NCBI GenBank assembly: GCA_964005815.1
Contig: CAXFSR010000017.1
Location: 160,001 to 224,000 of the forward strand
DNA: 64,000 bases
From: an uncultured Nitrospinaceae bacterium
Lineage (GTDB): Bacteria > UBA8248
Direction: 5' to 3'
Shown: positions 20,710 to 30,993 of the stretch, in pieces
How positions within the stretch are numbered: the stretch's first letter is position 1
How the letters are laid out: each line of letters opens with the position of its first letter
The notes under the pieces: generated by a model
Told to the model about the DNA's origin: nothing
The model's input: only the letters and a program-made list of their open reading frames with translations
Database searches by the model: none
Translations under genes and position numbers: made by a program

Positions 20710-21513
20710 TTGGATACATCTGAGTTAAAAGGTCACTGGGCACTTATACTTGGTGCGAGCAGTGGATTTGGAGAAGCAGTTTCTTTGAGACTAGCAAAAG
20801 AAGGAATGAATATTTTTGGAGTTCATCTGGATAGGAAAGCTACCCTTCCTAACGTTGAAAGAATAAGAACAGAAATTGAAAAATCTGGTTCAGAAACAGT
20901 TTTTTTTAATATCAATGCAGCAGGTCATGAAGAACGTGCAAATGTAGTTGAAGAAATAGATGAAAAGTTAAGTAACTCTGCGATCAAGATTCGAATTATG
21001 CTTCACAGTCTCGCCTTTGGAACACTCAAACCTTTTATTGCTGATGATCAAAAAGATTCTATTAACCCTAAGCAAATGGACATGACTCTCGACGTCATGG
21101 CTCATAGTCTCGTTTATTGGACTCAAGACTTAGTATCAAAAAATCTTTTTTCTGAAAACGGAAGAATCTTTGCAATGACCAGTGCAGGAGGTCATAGAAT
21201 TTGGCCCACATACGGCGCTGTATCTGCTGCAAAAGCTGCATTAGAAAGTCATATCAGACAATTGTCAGTAGAACTTGCAAAGAAAAAGATTACTGCAAAT
21301 AGTATCCAAGCTGGAGTAACCGATACTCCTGCATTGAGAAAAATTCCAGGAAATTCAGAAATGATAGACAATACAAAAAGGGTAAATCCCTACGGAGAAC
21401 TGACAACACCAGAAAAAGTTGCGAATGCGATAGCAACGTTTTGTCTTTCAAGTACTGAGTGGATGACAGGAAATGTAATAAGAATAGACGGCGGAGAAGA
21501 TATTGCCGGATAA
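20710..21513 (+). CDS. SDR, FabL-like enoyl-ACP reductase
   Basis: GASSGFG, YxxxxxxK variant (YGAVSAAKAALE), AGVTDTPAL; TTG start with GGGAG RBS. Confidence 0.75.
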   Translation: MDTSELKGHWALILGASSGFGEAVSLRLAKEGMNIFGVHLDRKATLPNVERIRTEIEKSGSETVFFNINAAGHEERANVVEEIDEKLSNSAIKIRIMLHSLAFGTLKPFIADDQKDSINPKQMDMTLDVMAHSLVYWTQDLVSKNLFSENGRIFAMTSAGGHRIWPTYGAVSAAKAALESHIRQLSVELAKKKITANSIQAGVTDTPALRKIPGNSEMIDNTKRVNPYGELTTPEKVANAIATFCLSSTEWMTGNVIRIDGGEDIAG

Positions 21514-21521
21514 CAACAGAC

Positions 21522-21573
21522 AGACTAATCTATGGCCATAAAATCTAAAAGTATGGCCATAAATTAGTCTTTT
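21522..21573. terminator. Long inverted repeat between convergent genes, probable terminator
   Basis: AGACTAATCTATGGCCATA-N11-TATGGCCATAAATTAGTCT (19-bp arms, one mismatch) followed by TTT. Confidence 0.65.
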
Positions 21574-21590
21574 AAAAAAAGATTTTTCAA

Positions 21591-22775
21591 CTACTTTTTC
21601 TTTTTCTTATTCTTCATAATTTTTCTTGTTTTGTCTCCTTCAGAAGTTTTTCCTTTGGGAGGTTTATTTTCACCTGGGAAATTTAGTTTGTTTCTACTTG
21701 CATTTATTCCAGCGAGTTTCGCTAGCGTTCCCCCTAAGAAATTCTTTTTCAAGTCTTTAGGAAGTGCTGGATATCCCCATTTTTCCTGTAATTCCTCAGG
21801 AATATCTAGTTTAAGGATTGCTTCTACAGATTGATAAGGATCCGATGCAGGCCAATCTGAACCCCAAACAAACCTATTTTCACCGGCAATTTGTAAAGTC
21901 GTTCCGACCATGTGGGCAAAACGATGAGGAGCGCGCATCAACCAAGTCAATAAAATAGAATAACTAACATAGATATGAGGATGTTTCCACATCAGAGTAA
22001 CTAATTCCTCCCAATAGGGAAAACCCCCATGATATGCAACTATCTTAAGATCAGGAAAATCTGAAGCAACTTCATCTAATAAAACTGGAAGAGTATAGCG
22101 AGTAGGTCCCATCCTTATAGTTATTCCAGTGTGAAAAAATGCAACAATGCCCCTATCCTGACACATTTCATACACAGGCCATAACCTTCTGTCATTTATA
22201 GGACAATCTTCCGGTTGATAAAATTTAGTAAACTTAAAATTATAGTTATCATGCAAATATTCCAATTCCCAAAGAATATCTTTCAATTTTCTTTTTGAAA
22301 ATGGACCTACATTTGACACTCCAATTACTCGATCTGGGTATTTCTCTATTGCATCTATTACATGTTGATTTGTGGAAAAAGGAGCACTATCTCCCGCAGT
22401 ATCTATAAATGACTCTCTCATCAAAGCAATTTGATCGACACCTGAACGATCCATATCGGCGATGATCTTATCAATATGCCAGTCCATTCCTGGATGAATA
22501 GCTGCTTGTTTTCCTGTTCTATGATCTTTCCAAAACCAGTGGTTGCACATCTCATGAGCAAATTCAAATGTTTTGGTACCTTCAAAATACTGTATAAAAC
22601 GGCGATAGTCCTCAGGCATAACGTGTGTTTCACAATCTAGAATATAAAAATCATTAGCCGTCTCTCCCGTTTCTGGATTAGAAGGGAGAGGCATAATTGT
22701 ATCCCAAGTTGCTGGTTTATTTGATTTTTTAGATACATTTTCGTTACTGGAATTGGCCTTAGCACGTTTAACCAT
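21591..22775 (-). CDS. Amidohydrolase_2-family protein
   Basis: LDCETH, FFHTG, AYHGGFP, WGSDWP; GGAGG RBS. Confidence 0.85.
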   Translation of the reverse strand: MVKRAKANSSNENVSKKSNKPATWDTIMPLPSNPETGETANDFYILDCETHVMPEDYRRFIQYFEGTKTFEFAHEMCNHWFWKDHRTGKQAAIHPGMDWHIDKIIADMDRSGVDQIALMRESFIDTAGDSAPFSTNQHVIDAIEKYPDRVIGVSNVGPFSKRKLKDILWELEYLHDNYNFKFTKFYQPEDCPINDRRLWPVYEMCQDRGIVAFFHTGITIRMGPTRYTLPVLLDEVASDFPDLKIVAYHGGFPYWEELVTLMWKHPHIYVSYSILLTWLMRAPHRFAHMVGTTLQIAGENRFVWGSDWPASDPYQSVEAILKLDIPEELQEKWGYPALPKDLKKNFLGGTLAKLAGINASRNKLNFPGENKPPKGKTSEGDKTRKIMKNKKKKK

Positions 22776-22897
22776 TTGTGCCCTCCATCAGTATAGTTAG
22801 AAATGAAAATATGAAAAATATATACAAAGTATGTTAGGATGGTTACCCATCGCTGTAAAGTGTTAATTCACCTACTAAAGAGCTAAAAGGTTTTCAA

Positions 22898-25180
22898 ATG
22901 AATGAGTTAAAAAGAACAACATTTACAACTTGTTCCCCCCATTGCGGAAATAATCCCTGTAGTTTTGAGGTTGAAACCAAAGGGGAGGAAATTTCATCAT
23001 TTCGTGCAAATCCAAGAATGGATATTAAGCCCTGTATCAAAGGATTTCAGATACCTGATAGATATAATCACCCGGATAGAATTTTATACCCGATGAAAAG
23101 GATTGGGAAAAAAGGAAGTGGCAAAAACGGATATAATACTTTTGAGAGAATTTCATGGGATGAAGCTATAACATCTATCGCGGATGGCTTAAACGCTGCA
23201 AAGGTTAAGAGTGGAAATGACAGTATTTTATTATACAACTATTCATCTCAACATACTCTTCCCGGCGGGAGAGATGGAGCACCTGCAACTATTATGAGAC
23301 TTTTAAATCTATGGGGTGGAGCAATAGAAGCCTTCAATAGAGGAAGTCTTTGCTGGAGCGCTTTCTTAGGTGGGAGTGATGACGTTCTTGGACAGTGGCA
23401 AATAAAAAATAAAAAAAGCGACAATTGTGATTGGATTATTCTTTGGGGGAACAATCCTGTTGAAACTGGATACAGAGGATTGACACAATCTCTTCAAGAA
23501 GCGAAACGCAAGGGAACAAAATTCATAGTAATAGACCCAATGAAAACTAAAACAGTTCAACGGTTCGCCGATATTCATATTCCCATTGAACCTTCTACCG
23601 ATACTGCGCTAGCACTTGGGGTCCTAAAAATTGTACTCGAAGAACAATATTTAGATAAAGACTTTCTTGCGAAAAGGACAAATGCCCCTTTCCTAGTCAA
23701 AAAATCTACTGGCAAATTTATAACCGATAGAAATGGAGACCCTTTAGTTTGGGACGAAAAGTTAGACGCATTAGTTTCTTACAAAGTTTCTCAAAAACCT
23801 ATGATTGATACAGAAAAAAATATAAATGGAGAAAAATGCACAACTTCATTTAAGCTACTACAAAATGCTTCCCAAAAATGGACCGAAGAAGCTGTAGAAA
23901 AAGAATGTGGGATACCTTCATCTAGTGTACATCAAATTGCTTATGCACTTAAAAATGGAAAAATAATAGTTTATTACGGTGCCTACCAAAGAACGTTAAA
24001 AGGGGAAAATGCGGTCAGGGCTTTACATATTTTAAATCTGATAAGCGGAGCAATTGATGGAGTTATAAATCATGGCTCAACATATACAGACACTCATTTT
24101 GATAGAGCAACAGAATCAGGATTATCAAAGATAATGGCAGAAAATTGGTCAGTACCAAATCCAGTTAAAAGAACTATACCAGTAGGCAAAATTGCAGAAG
24201 CAATCCTAAATCCTGATTCTTACGGGGGAGCCATCCACGCTGGTTTATTTATGTGGGGCAATCCTATAGGACAAGGAGGAAATTCTAATAAAACAAAAAA
24301 AGCATTACTTTCTCTCGATTTTTGCGCTGTGTCAGAAATTTTTCTCACTCCAACCGCCAAATGTGCAGATATAATAATTCCTGCTTCAACTTGGCTAGAA
24401 CGTTCCACTATCACTGAAGGTATGAGTGTGGGCGCAACGTTTTATCACCTCATTGAAGAAAGAAAACCAAAACACCAGATTTTTTATTCTCCTGGCGTAC
24501 TTAAACCATTAGGAGAATCAAAAGATGATTTTGATTTTGTATGTTTACTTGCTGAAAAAATGGGATTCAGAAAAGAATTCCCATGGGCTGATTCTAAACA
24601 ATGGATTGAAAATTTAGTTGATCTTGCTAGAAAAGATTCTCGATTTCCTTGGTTTGAGAAAATTACCACAGAAAAACTAGAAAAGAATGGAGTCCTCACC
24701 TTAGATATTCCTAGAGCAAATTCTTCATGGGACCTTAAAACAAAACACGGCCGCGCCCAGATTTATTTTGAAAATAAGACCCATTCTGTTCCGGAATATT
24801 TTTCGTCAGAAGAATTACTTGAATCTAAACAAATGAAATATCCGCTTAAACTGATAACCCCAAAAACTTATTTCCGTGCTAGTTCAACATTTAACAATGC
24901 AAACAAACTTCTCAGACATGACTTTAACGTTGCTACAATTAATAAAGAAGATGCAAAGAAACGTGACATAAAAAACGGAGATTACATACGCTTATTTAAT
25001 GACTTTGGTGAGACTAAATTTGTTGCTAAGACTACTGACGTTATTCGAAAGGGAGTTGTTCATATCCCTGCTGGCGGAAATGAAGAATTAGGAATGGCAA
25101 ACGAATTAACCGGCGATATGCTTTCTGAATACGAAAACGCTACCTTTAACAGTTACAGAATAGAACTCGAAAGAATTTAA
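22898..25180 (+). CDS. Mo/W-bisPGD (DMSO reductase family) oxidoreductase catalytic subunit, no Tat signal
   Basis: CSPHCGNNPC…CIKG Fe-S motif, RILYPMKR, FERISWDEA, WGNNPVET, PSTDTALA, TPTAKCADIIIPA, domain IV DAKKRDIKNGD. Confidence 0.9.
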   Translation: MNELKRTTFTTCSPHCGNNPCSFEVETKGEEISSFRANPRMDIKPCIKGFQIPDRYNHPDRILYPMKRIGKKGSGKNGYNTFERISWDEAITSIADGLNAAKVKSGNDSILLYNYSSQHTLPGGRDGAPATIMRLLNLWGGAIEAFNRGSLCWSAFLGGSDDVLGQWQIKNKKSDNCDWIILWGNNPVETGYRGLTQSLQEAKRKGTKFIVIDPMKTKTVQRFADIHIPIEPSTDTALALGVLKIVLEEQYLDKDFLAKRTNAPFLVKKSTGKFITDRNGDPLVWDEKLDALVSYKVSQKPMIDTEKNINGEKCTTSFKLLQNASQKWTEEAVEKECGIPSSSVHQIAYALKNGKIIVYYGAYQRTLKGENAVRALHILNLISGAIDGVINHGSTYTDTHFDRATESGLSKIMAENWSVPNPVKRTIPVGKIAEAILNPDSYGGAIHAGLFMWGNPIGQGGNSNKTKKALLSLDFCAVSEIFLTPTAKCADIIIPASTWLERSTITEGMSVGATFYHLIEERKPKHQIFYSPGVLKPLGESKDDFDFVCLLAEKMGFRKEFPWADSKQWIENLVDLARKDSRFPWFEKITTEKLEKNGVLTLDIPRANSSWDLKTKHGRAQIYFENKTHSVPEYFSSEELLESKQMKYPLKLITPKTYFRASSTFNNANKLLRHDFNVATINKEDAKKRDIKNGDYIRLFNDFGETKFVAKTTDVIRKGVVHIPAGGNEELGMANELTGDMLSEYENATFNSYRIELERI

Positions 25181-25202
25181 TGAAAAGTATAGTTCTCATT
25201 AC

Positions 25203-26093
25203 TTATTTACTTGGGATCCCCGCTAATCTTCTAAAGATTTCTATGATAGACCCTGTATCTGATTCACCTAAACCGCTTTGCTCCGCTGCCTGAAGAACTT
25301 GCAGATGTATTTGACTTAACAAAGTCGGCGAAGCAAGTTTTTGTCCTTGTTCGAGAATAAGTCTGACATCTTTATGATGTTGTTTAATCCTAGAAATGGG
25401 AGGATCATATGCAGCATTTATCATTATTTCTCCTCTAGTATCCATAGCTTTACTATAAGCTGCGCTATCTTTCAAAACCTTTAATAATGTCTCTGTATCC
25501 ATTTCTGCTTTCATTCCCATTACTAAACCTTCTGCAAGAACTAACCTATTTAATCCTAGAACTTGATTTACTATTAATTTTGTTCTTGCACCCGCTCCGT
25601 TTGAGCCAAGATGGTAAATAGACCTACTAAACACTTCCAAAACCTCTTTTGCTTTAGAAAATGCATCCTTATCGCCTCCTACCATCGCAACCATATTTCT
25701 TTTGAGTACATCTGGACTTCCACCACTTAGACTAGCATCTAAGAATTGAAATCCATTTTTTTGCATATCTGAACCAGTTTCTATTGAATCTTCTGGTCTG
25801 GATGTAGAAGTATCAATGACTATTAATCCCTTATTATTAGATTCGCAAATTCCGTCTTTCCCAAGACAAACTTCTCGCACTACTTCACTATAAAGCAAGG
25901 ATGTAATAACAAAATCAGCTCCAGTTGCAGCCTCTTTAGGTGAAGAAACACTTTTTCCTCCTTCCGAAACCAATTCATCCACCCTATTTTGGTCAATATC
26001 ATAACCTTGAATGTTAAATTTAGCTTCGATTAATTTTTTACTCATCGCCAAACCCATGAGACCAAGACCGATTACGCCTACTGCTTTAGACAT
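25203..26093 (-). CDS. Beta-hydroxyacid dehydrogenase (3-hydroxyisobutyrate/tartronate semialdehyde reductase family)
   Basis: IGLGLMG, DTSTS, FLDASLSGG, GAGARTKLIVN. Confidence 0.9.
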   Translation of the reverse strand: MSKAVGVIGLGLMGLAMSKKLIEAKFNIQGYDIDQNRVDELVSEGGKSVSSPKEAATGADFVITSLLYSEVVREVCLGKDGICESNNKGLIVIDTSTSRPEDSIETGSDMQKNGFQFLDASLSGGSPDVLKRNMVAMVGGDKDAFSKAKEVLEVFSRSIYHLGSNGAGARTKLIVNQVLGLNRLVLAEGLVMGMKAEMDTETLLKVLKDSAAYSKAMDTRGEIMINAAYDPPISRIKQHHKDVRLILEQGQKLASPTLLSQIHLQVLQAAEQSGLGESDTGSIIEIFRRLAGIPSK

Positions 26094-26117
26094 TGTTATC
26101 TCCTCATATTAAAAATC

Positions 26118-27251
26118 TTAGAATTTAGGCCTTCCATACTTAGCATAACCCGTCATTTCAACAAAACCTACTCCATTCACAGATACCCCTTGACTAAAAC
26201 CTTCTACATTTATTCCACCTTCCCAATAAATAATTTGAGTACTCTTTGTAGTATCTAGTTCCTGTTTTTCATGCAAAGCTTTTATTTTTAGATTAATATT
26301 ATATTTAGGCACTTCTATCACCCATTCAACTGGGTATAAAGCTTTGCTTTTTTTACTTTTCCAAAAATTTTTATTCTTAATTGTAAAATCATATAGAGAA
26401 AGATGTATCACACTACCATCACCTAAAATTAGTGATCCACTACTTGTAAGATCATAACTTCCACTTTTGTTTCGCATAAGATAAAGCATTAATTCAGTAT
26501 TGTTTGAGAGTTGAATACTAAACCAATCCCAACCGATCTGTTCTTTTCCAAGTTGATTAGAACCAAATTCATGATCCATCCAAGCCGAACCATTAACAGA
26601 AATTCTTTCACCTTCTATAGAAAGAGAACCATTAACTTTTAATCTTGTATACGAATAATAATGTGAAGCTTGGCCAACTCCAGCAGATTTCTGACTAATT
26701 CCATTTGTCCCATGAATTACAGGATTTTTTTGTGGTTCTAATTTAAAATCAAGATATAATTTATCTTGTTTTGCAAAAATTAATATTTTATTCGTTTGTT
26801 CTTGATCCTCAATTTCTGCCTTCCAATCATCTATCCATACTTTAAATTTTTCTGTGGATGCACCTGCTTGACCAAGTGCCCCTCTGCTAAATTTTTCTGA
26901 AAAATAATGTTTGTTTTTTTTTGCACTGTAAACGGAAAAATGAGAGAAGTACAAATTATTAAGTGCCCATCTACTCCTATTCACTTCAGATTTTTTTTCT
27001 AAACGTAATCCCCTTCTAAAAAAAGTTAACATAAAAGAATACTTATTTCCGCTTTCATCTTTTACATTGCCAGAAAAATACCACCATTCAATTTTAAAAT
27101 TCGGATGAGATCGGTGTTCGTTTGGAAAATCATACTTATATCCAGGAAGAGCTAATTTCCATTTATTTGCAAACACAACAGGTGCAGGAATTAATATCAA
27201 AAACGTTAAAAAATAAATTAAACATCGAATTAGTAAAAAATGTGTCATCAT
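26118..27251 (-). CDS. Secreted lipocalin-like protein (CrtC/AttH family)
   Basis: Signal peptide; HPNFKIEWWYFSG, SHYYSYTRL, WMDHEF, GWDWFSIQL, YWEG, GFVEMTGY. Confidence 0.88.
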   Translation of the reverse strand: MMTHFLLIRCLIYFLTFLILIPAPVVFANKWKLALPGYKYDFPNEHRSHPNFKIEWWYFSGNVKDESGNKYSFMLTFFRRGLRLEKKSEVNRSRWALNNLYFSHFSVYSAKKNKHYFSEKFSRGALGQAGASTEKFKVWIDDWKAEIEDQEQTNKILIFAKQDKLYLDFKLEPQKNPVIHGTNGISQKSAGVGQASHYYSYTRLKVNGSLSIEGERISVNGSAWMDHEFGSNQLGKEQIGWDWFSIQLSNNTELMLYLMRNKSGSYDLTSSGSLILGDGSVIHLSLYDFTIKNKNFWKSKKSKALYPVEWVIEVPKYNINLKIKALHEKQELDTTKSTQIIYWEGGINVEGFSQGVSVNGVGFVEMTGYAKYGRPKF

Positions 27252-29827
27252 TCTGCTCTCAGTGCATTTTTAATTTCTGTCTTCGCAGCTATTCTAGAAG
27301 GAATAGTTCCCGCTAAAAGTGAAGATAAATATACAAAGAAAAGATAAATAAAAACGCTATAAAAAGAAAAATCAAAATAAATTGTCCAACCAAAACTCTG
27401 CTTATTGATAACAAAAATCAAAATTCCTGCTAAGAAATAACCAGAAATCGTTCCCAGAAAACAGGCAAAAAAACCGAGAAATCCAGATTCAAAAATTACG
27501 GAAAAAATTGTTCCAACTCTATTCATACCTATTGCACGAAGAGTTCCTATTTCTCTTCTTCTATCTAAAATATTAGAACTTAGATTTGTAGCAACCCCCA
27601 AAATTGCTACTAAGATTGCGATAGCTTCTAAAACATACGTAATCGAAAAAGTCTGATCGAAAACATCAAAAACTCTTTTCTTAAGACCAGAATTATTCAG
27701 AAGTATAAAGTTAGATGGTAGAGTTTTTCTTATCTTATCAAATAATTTATCCTTACTAGTTCCATTCTTTAAATAAATAGCAATAGAATTCAGGGTATAA
27801 TCGTTCCAAAGTTCTTGATAAAAATCTTGATCAATGATTACCCTCCCTCCTTCCGTGGTGTAATCGTAAAAAACACCCTTTATTTCTATTTGAATTTTTC
27901 CCCGAGGAGTAGGCAACACGATGGTGTCCCCTTTCTTGATTTTAAATCGATTTGAGAAGGTCTCAGTTATGATTGCTCCTCTGTGTTTTTTAGCTCGTCT
28001 TAAAATTTCTTTTGAATTACCATCTAAAAATAAAAGATTGCCAAAATCTGCAACGATATTAAAATTTCCTGAACCGACTTCAATGTTACTTTCTTTCCAA
28101 AAAACTTTAATACTTCTATAACCATCTACTGCTGTAATCTCCTCTAAATTCTTTAATTCAATAATTTCTTTTTTCATAAAACCAGCTTGCGAACCTTTTA
28201 TAAAATTCGATGCGGGTGCAGAATAAAAATCTGCTCTTAGAGTTTGCTCAGTCCATATAGAAACCGTTTCTCGAAAACTATTAATCATTACCACTAAACT
28301 AACGAGCATAGCTACAGCTACGGACAAAGATGCAACAGTAACAACATTTCTCGAGAGATGTCTTCGTATATTGTGTGATGCAAGAGATATTAATTTAAAC
28401 TTATAAAAAATAGATTTAAAAATTAAAGAGGTATAAAAAACAACTATAAAACTAATCGAAGAAATAGATGCAATAAGAAATAAAGCAGAAAGATATCCAA
28501 AAATTGGAACACCATTCCAAGGTGCAAATCGAGATGTAATATAAGAAAGAAATATCATGATTATTGTAAAAATAATGAACCGATACATATAAAAATCAGG
28601 AAGAACAATAGATGGAAATCTAACTCTAATGCCCCGTGAAGGATCAATTTTTCCAGCCTTAATCGCTGGCCATAAAGACGAAAAGAAGGACCCTACTACC
28701 CCTATACACATGGCGATTATAAGTTCAAATATAGAAGGACTGACATCTGTTACGTACAAAAAAGTATAGAGATTCTGGATTGTCTTTGTAACAATAAATA
28801 GAACACCCCTAGAAAAAATAAAAGCTAAAACAACTCCCAAGCAAGAACCAGCTAAACCAATACAAATTGCCTCCATGCAAATTAAAATAGTTCCCTGCAA
28901 AGAAGTTAAACCAAGAGATCTCAAGGTTGCAATCTCCTTCGTACGTCTAATAACTGATGCAGACATAGAATTAAAGATTAGGAAAAAACCTACTAGAACA
29001 GAAATAAAACTTAGAACTTTTAGATTTAATTGAAACGAACCTAACATTTTCTGTACATCAGACCCACGTCTTTCAGGTCTATCTACTATCAATCCACTCG
29101 GAATTTTTAATTGTATCAAACGTTTCATGTGGTCTGTTTTTTTATTGTCTTTTAGAACTATATCTATACGATCTAAATATCCTAATCTATTAAAAGATGC
29201 TTGAGCGTCACCTATATCCATAACTACGAGCATTCCGCCCATTGAGTTTGATAATTTATTCTTTTTTAAAATTCCTCTAACCTCAAATTCTTGATAGTTT
29301 GCAGACTCTATTTTCACAAAAGACCCTATTCCAACACCAAGAACATTTGCTAATTCCTTACCTATAAACAAACCGTTACGATTTTCTAAACTAGACAATA
29401 CATCTTCGGTTGAAATAATTTTTTCTACTTCATAAAGACGAAAATTCTCTCTTGCGAGAATATCGACTCCTAGAAGCAAAGCTGGTTTTTGGGAAGATTT
29501 AACAGAATTTTCTTTGTCTAGAGCGTTTTTTATTAATACCGTCTGTTGAATAACAGGAGATAAATTTTCAATTTGTGTTAATTTCAAAAGTTTAATAAAT
29601 GTTTCCTCAGGCACACCTAATCCACTACCTAAAACTTGAAGATTAGTTTTTCCGGAAATTGCATCTAAACTATTTTGAAAAGCTCTAAGAGAAGCATTAT
29701 TTGCAAGTTGAATCGATAAATAAACAGATACTCCTAAAGCTACTCCTAGAACAGTGAGAATAAACCTATATCGTTCTATTCTTAAGTAACGTAAAAATAA
29801 AGTTTTAAAGATTTTAATTAAGAACAA
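27248..29827 (-). CDS. FtsX/MacB-type ABC permease, duplicated (AttFG-like)
   Basis: Two permease repeats with RRTKEIATLRSLG and RRREIGTLRAIG; INKQSFGWT. Confidence 0.9.
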   Translation of the reverse strand: MFLIKIFKTLFLRYLRIERYRFILTVLGVALGVSVYLSIQLANNASLRAFQNSLDAISGKTNLQVLGSGLGVPEETFIKLLKLTQIENLSPVIQQTVLIKNALDKENSVKSSQKPALLLGVDILARENFRLYEVEKIISTEDVLSSLENRNGLFIGKELANVLGVGIGSFVKIESANYQEFEVRGILKKNKLSNSMGGMLVVMDIGDAQASFNRLGYLDRIDIVLKDNKKTDHMKRLIQLKIPSGLIVDRPERRGSDVQKMLGSFQLNLKVLSFISVLVGFFLIFNSMSASVIRRTKEIATLRSLGLTSLQGTILICMEAICIGLAGSCLGVVLAFIFSRGVLFIVTKTIQNLYTFLYVTDVSPSIFELIIAMCIGVVGSFFSSLWPAIKAGKIDPSRGIRVRFPSIVLPDFYMYRFIIFTIIMIFLSYITSRFAPWNGVPIFGYLSALFLIASISSISFIVVFYTSLIFKSIFYKFKLISLASHNIRRHLSRNVVTVASLSVAVAMLVSLVVMINSFRETVSIWTEQTLRADFYSAPASNFIKGSQAGFMKKEIIELKNLEEITAVDGYRSIKVFWKESNIEVGSGNFNIVADFGNLLFLDGNSKEILRRAKKHRGAIITETFSNRFKIKKGDTIVLPTPRGKIQIEIKGVFYDYTTEGGRVIIDQDFYQELWNDYTLNSIAIYLKNGTSKDKLFDKIRKTLPSNFILLNNSGLKKRVFDVFDQTFSITYVLEAIAILVAILGVATNLSSNILDRRREIGTLRAIGMNRVGTIFSVIFESGFLGFFACFLGTISGYFLAGILIFVINKQSFGWTIYFDFSFYSVFIYLFFVYLSSLLAGTIPSRIAAKTEIKNALRAE

Positions 29828-30505
29828 TCAAGAAACCTCTTCCCCTAACCTTCCATCTCTAATTTCAACTCTTCGTGATGCAGAAAACAAAGCCATAGGA
29901 TCATGACTTACCATCAAAACCGTCACATGACCTTCTTTAGATAAATTAGAGATTAATTCTAAAATTTCCTTTCCTCGATTTGAGTCTAGATTCCCTGTCG
30001 GTTCATCTGCAAGCAACAGAGAAGGGGAATTTATAAACGCTCTTGCTATAGCAACTCGCTGCATCTCTCCACCTGAAAGTTGTTGAGGCAAAAAATTCAT
30101 CCTATTCTCAAGACCGACTTTGATTAACAGATCACCAGACTTTTTCTCTATTTCTTTTTTGTTTTTTCCTGCTAAAACTAAAGGTAAAGATACATTTTCA
30201 ATCGCACTCATTGTAGGCATTAGATTAAAGAACTGATGAACAAAACCAATTTCTTCACGCCTCATCTTACTCAGTTCTCTATCATGAAAATTTACAACAT
30301 TTTTTCCGTTTATAATTATTTCTCCTGATGTTGGAGAATCAATACAACCAATTAAATTTAAAAGAGTACTCTTTCCCGAACCACTAGGGCCAGAAATAGA
30401 AAGAAATTCCCCCTTTTCAACTTTTAAATCAATATTTTCTACTGCATTAAAACGAAATGTTCCTTGAATATATTCTTTGGTAATTTTTTTTAGACTAACT
30501 ATCAA
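29828..30505 (-). CDS. ABC transporter ATP-binding protein (LolD/MacB-type)
   Basis: GPSGSGKST, LSGGEMQRVAIARA, LLADEPTGNLD; TTG at 30505 has a GGAG RBS (track start 30535). Confidence 0.93.
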   Translation of the reverse strand: MIVSLKKITKEYIQGTFRFNAVENIDLKVEKGEFLSISGPSGSGKSTLLNLIGCIDSPTSGEIIINGKNVVNFHDRELSKMRREEIGFVHQFFNLMPTMSAIENVSLPLVLAGKNKKEIEKKSGDLLIKVGLENRMNFLPQQLSGGEMQRVAIARAFINSPSLLLADEPTGNLDSNRGKEILELISNLSKEGHVTVLMVSHDPMALFSASRRVEIRDGRLGEEVS

Positions 30506-30579
30506 AAAGAACTCCATTTTTATAGTAAAATACACGTAGATTTATATATGAGAAAAATAATTTTAAAAAGGACATTCTA

Positions 30580-30993
30580 ATGTTTAAATCTATTTCAAAT
30601 ATCTTTTTGATTTGTAAAGACTTAGAAAAATCAAGAAAGTTTTACTCAGATATTTTAGAACTAAAAGAGAAAAAAAGAGAAAGAGATTTTATAAAATATG
30701 AAATTGGTGAAAATTGTCTTGTAATCCATGCTCCAATAAAAGATGAAACAATGGAAGAATGGAATCTAAAACCAGTCAATAAGGACAGGGGTTCAGGAGT
30801 GATTCTCACTTTAGTCCCTGAAAATTTAGAAAATACATATCAAAAGATATTAAAAAACAAAGGGAAGATTCTTTTTCCGCCAAAAGATGTTTCATGGGGA
30901 TATAGAATTTTTATGATAGAAGACCCTAACGGATTTGTGATAGAAATAGGCGAAAAGTCTCATCAAGAAGAACTTACAAACCCTCGAAAATAG
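30580..30993 (+). CDS. VOC/glyoxalase-family protein
   Basis: DLEKSRKFYSDIL, SWGYRIFMIEDPNGFVIE. Confidence 0.85.
   Translation: MFKSISNIFLICKDLEKSRKFYSDILELKEKKRERDFIKYEIGENCLVIHAPIKDETMEEWNLKPVNKDRGSGVILTLVPENLENTYQKILKNKGKILFPPKDVSWGYRIFMIEDPNGFVIEIGEKSHQEELTNPRK

Noticed and set aside
22838..22876. Small hairpin GATGG-TTAC-CCATC and ATCGCTGTAAA upstream of the Mo enzyme as a Moco riboswitch or ModE box
   Set aside because: Too short for the Moco RNA motif, and the second ModE half-site is missing
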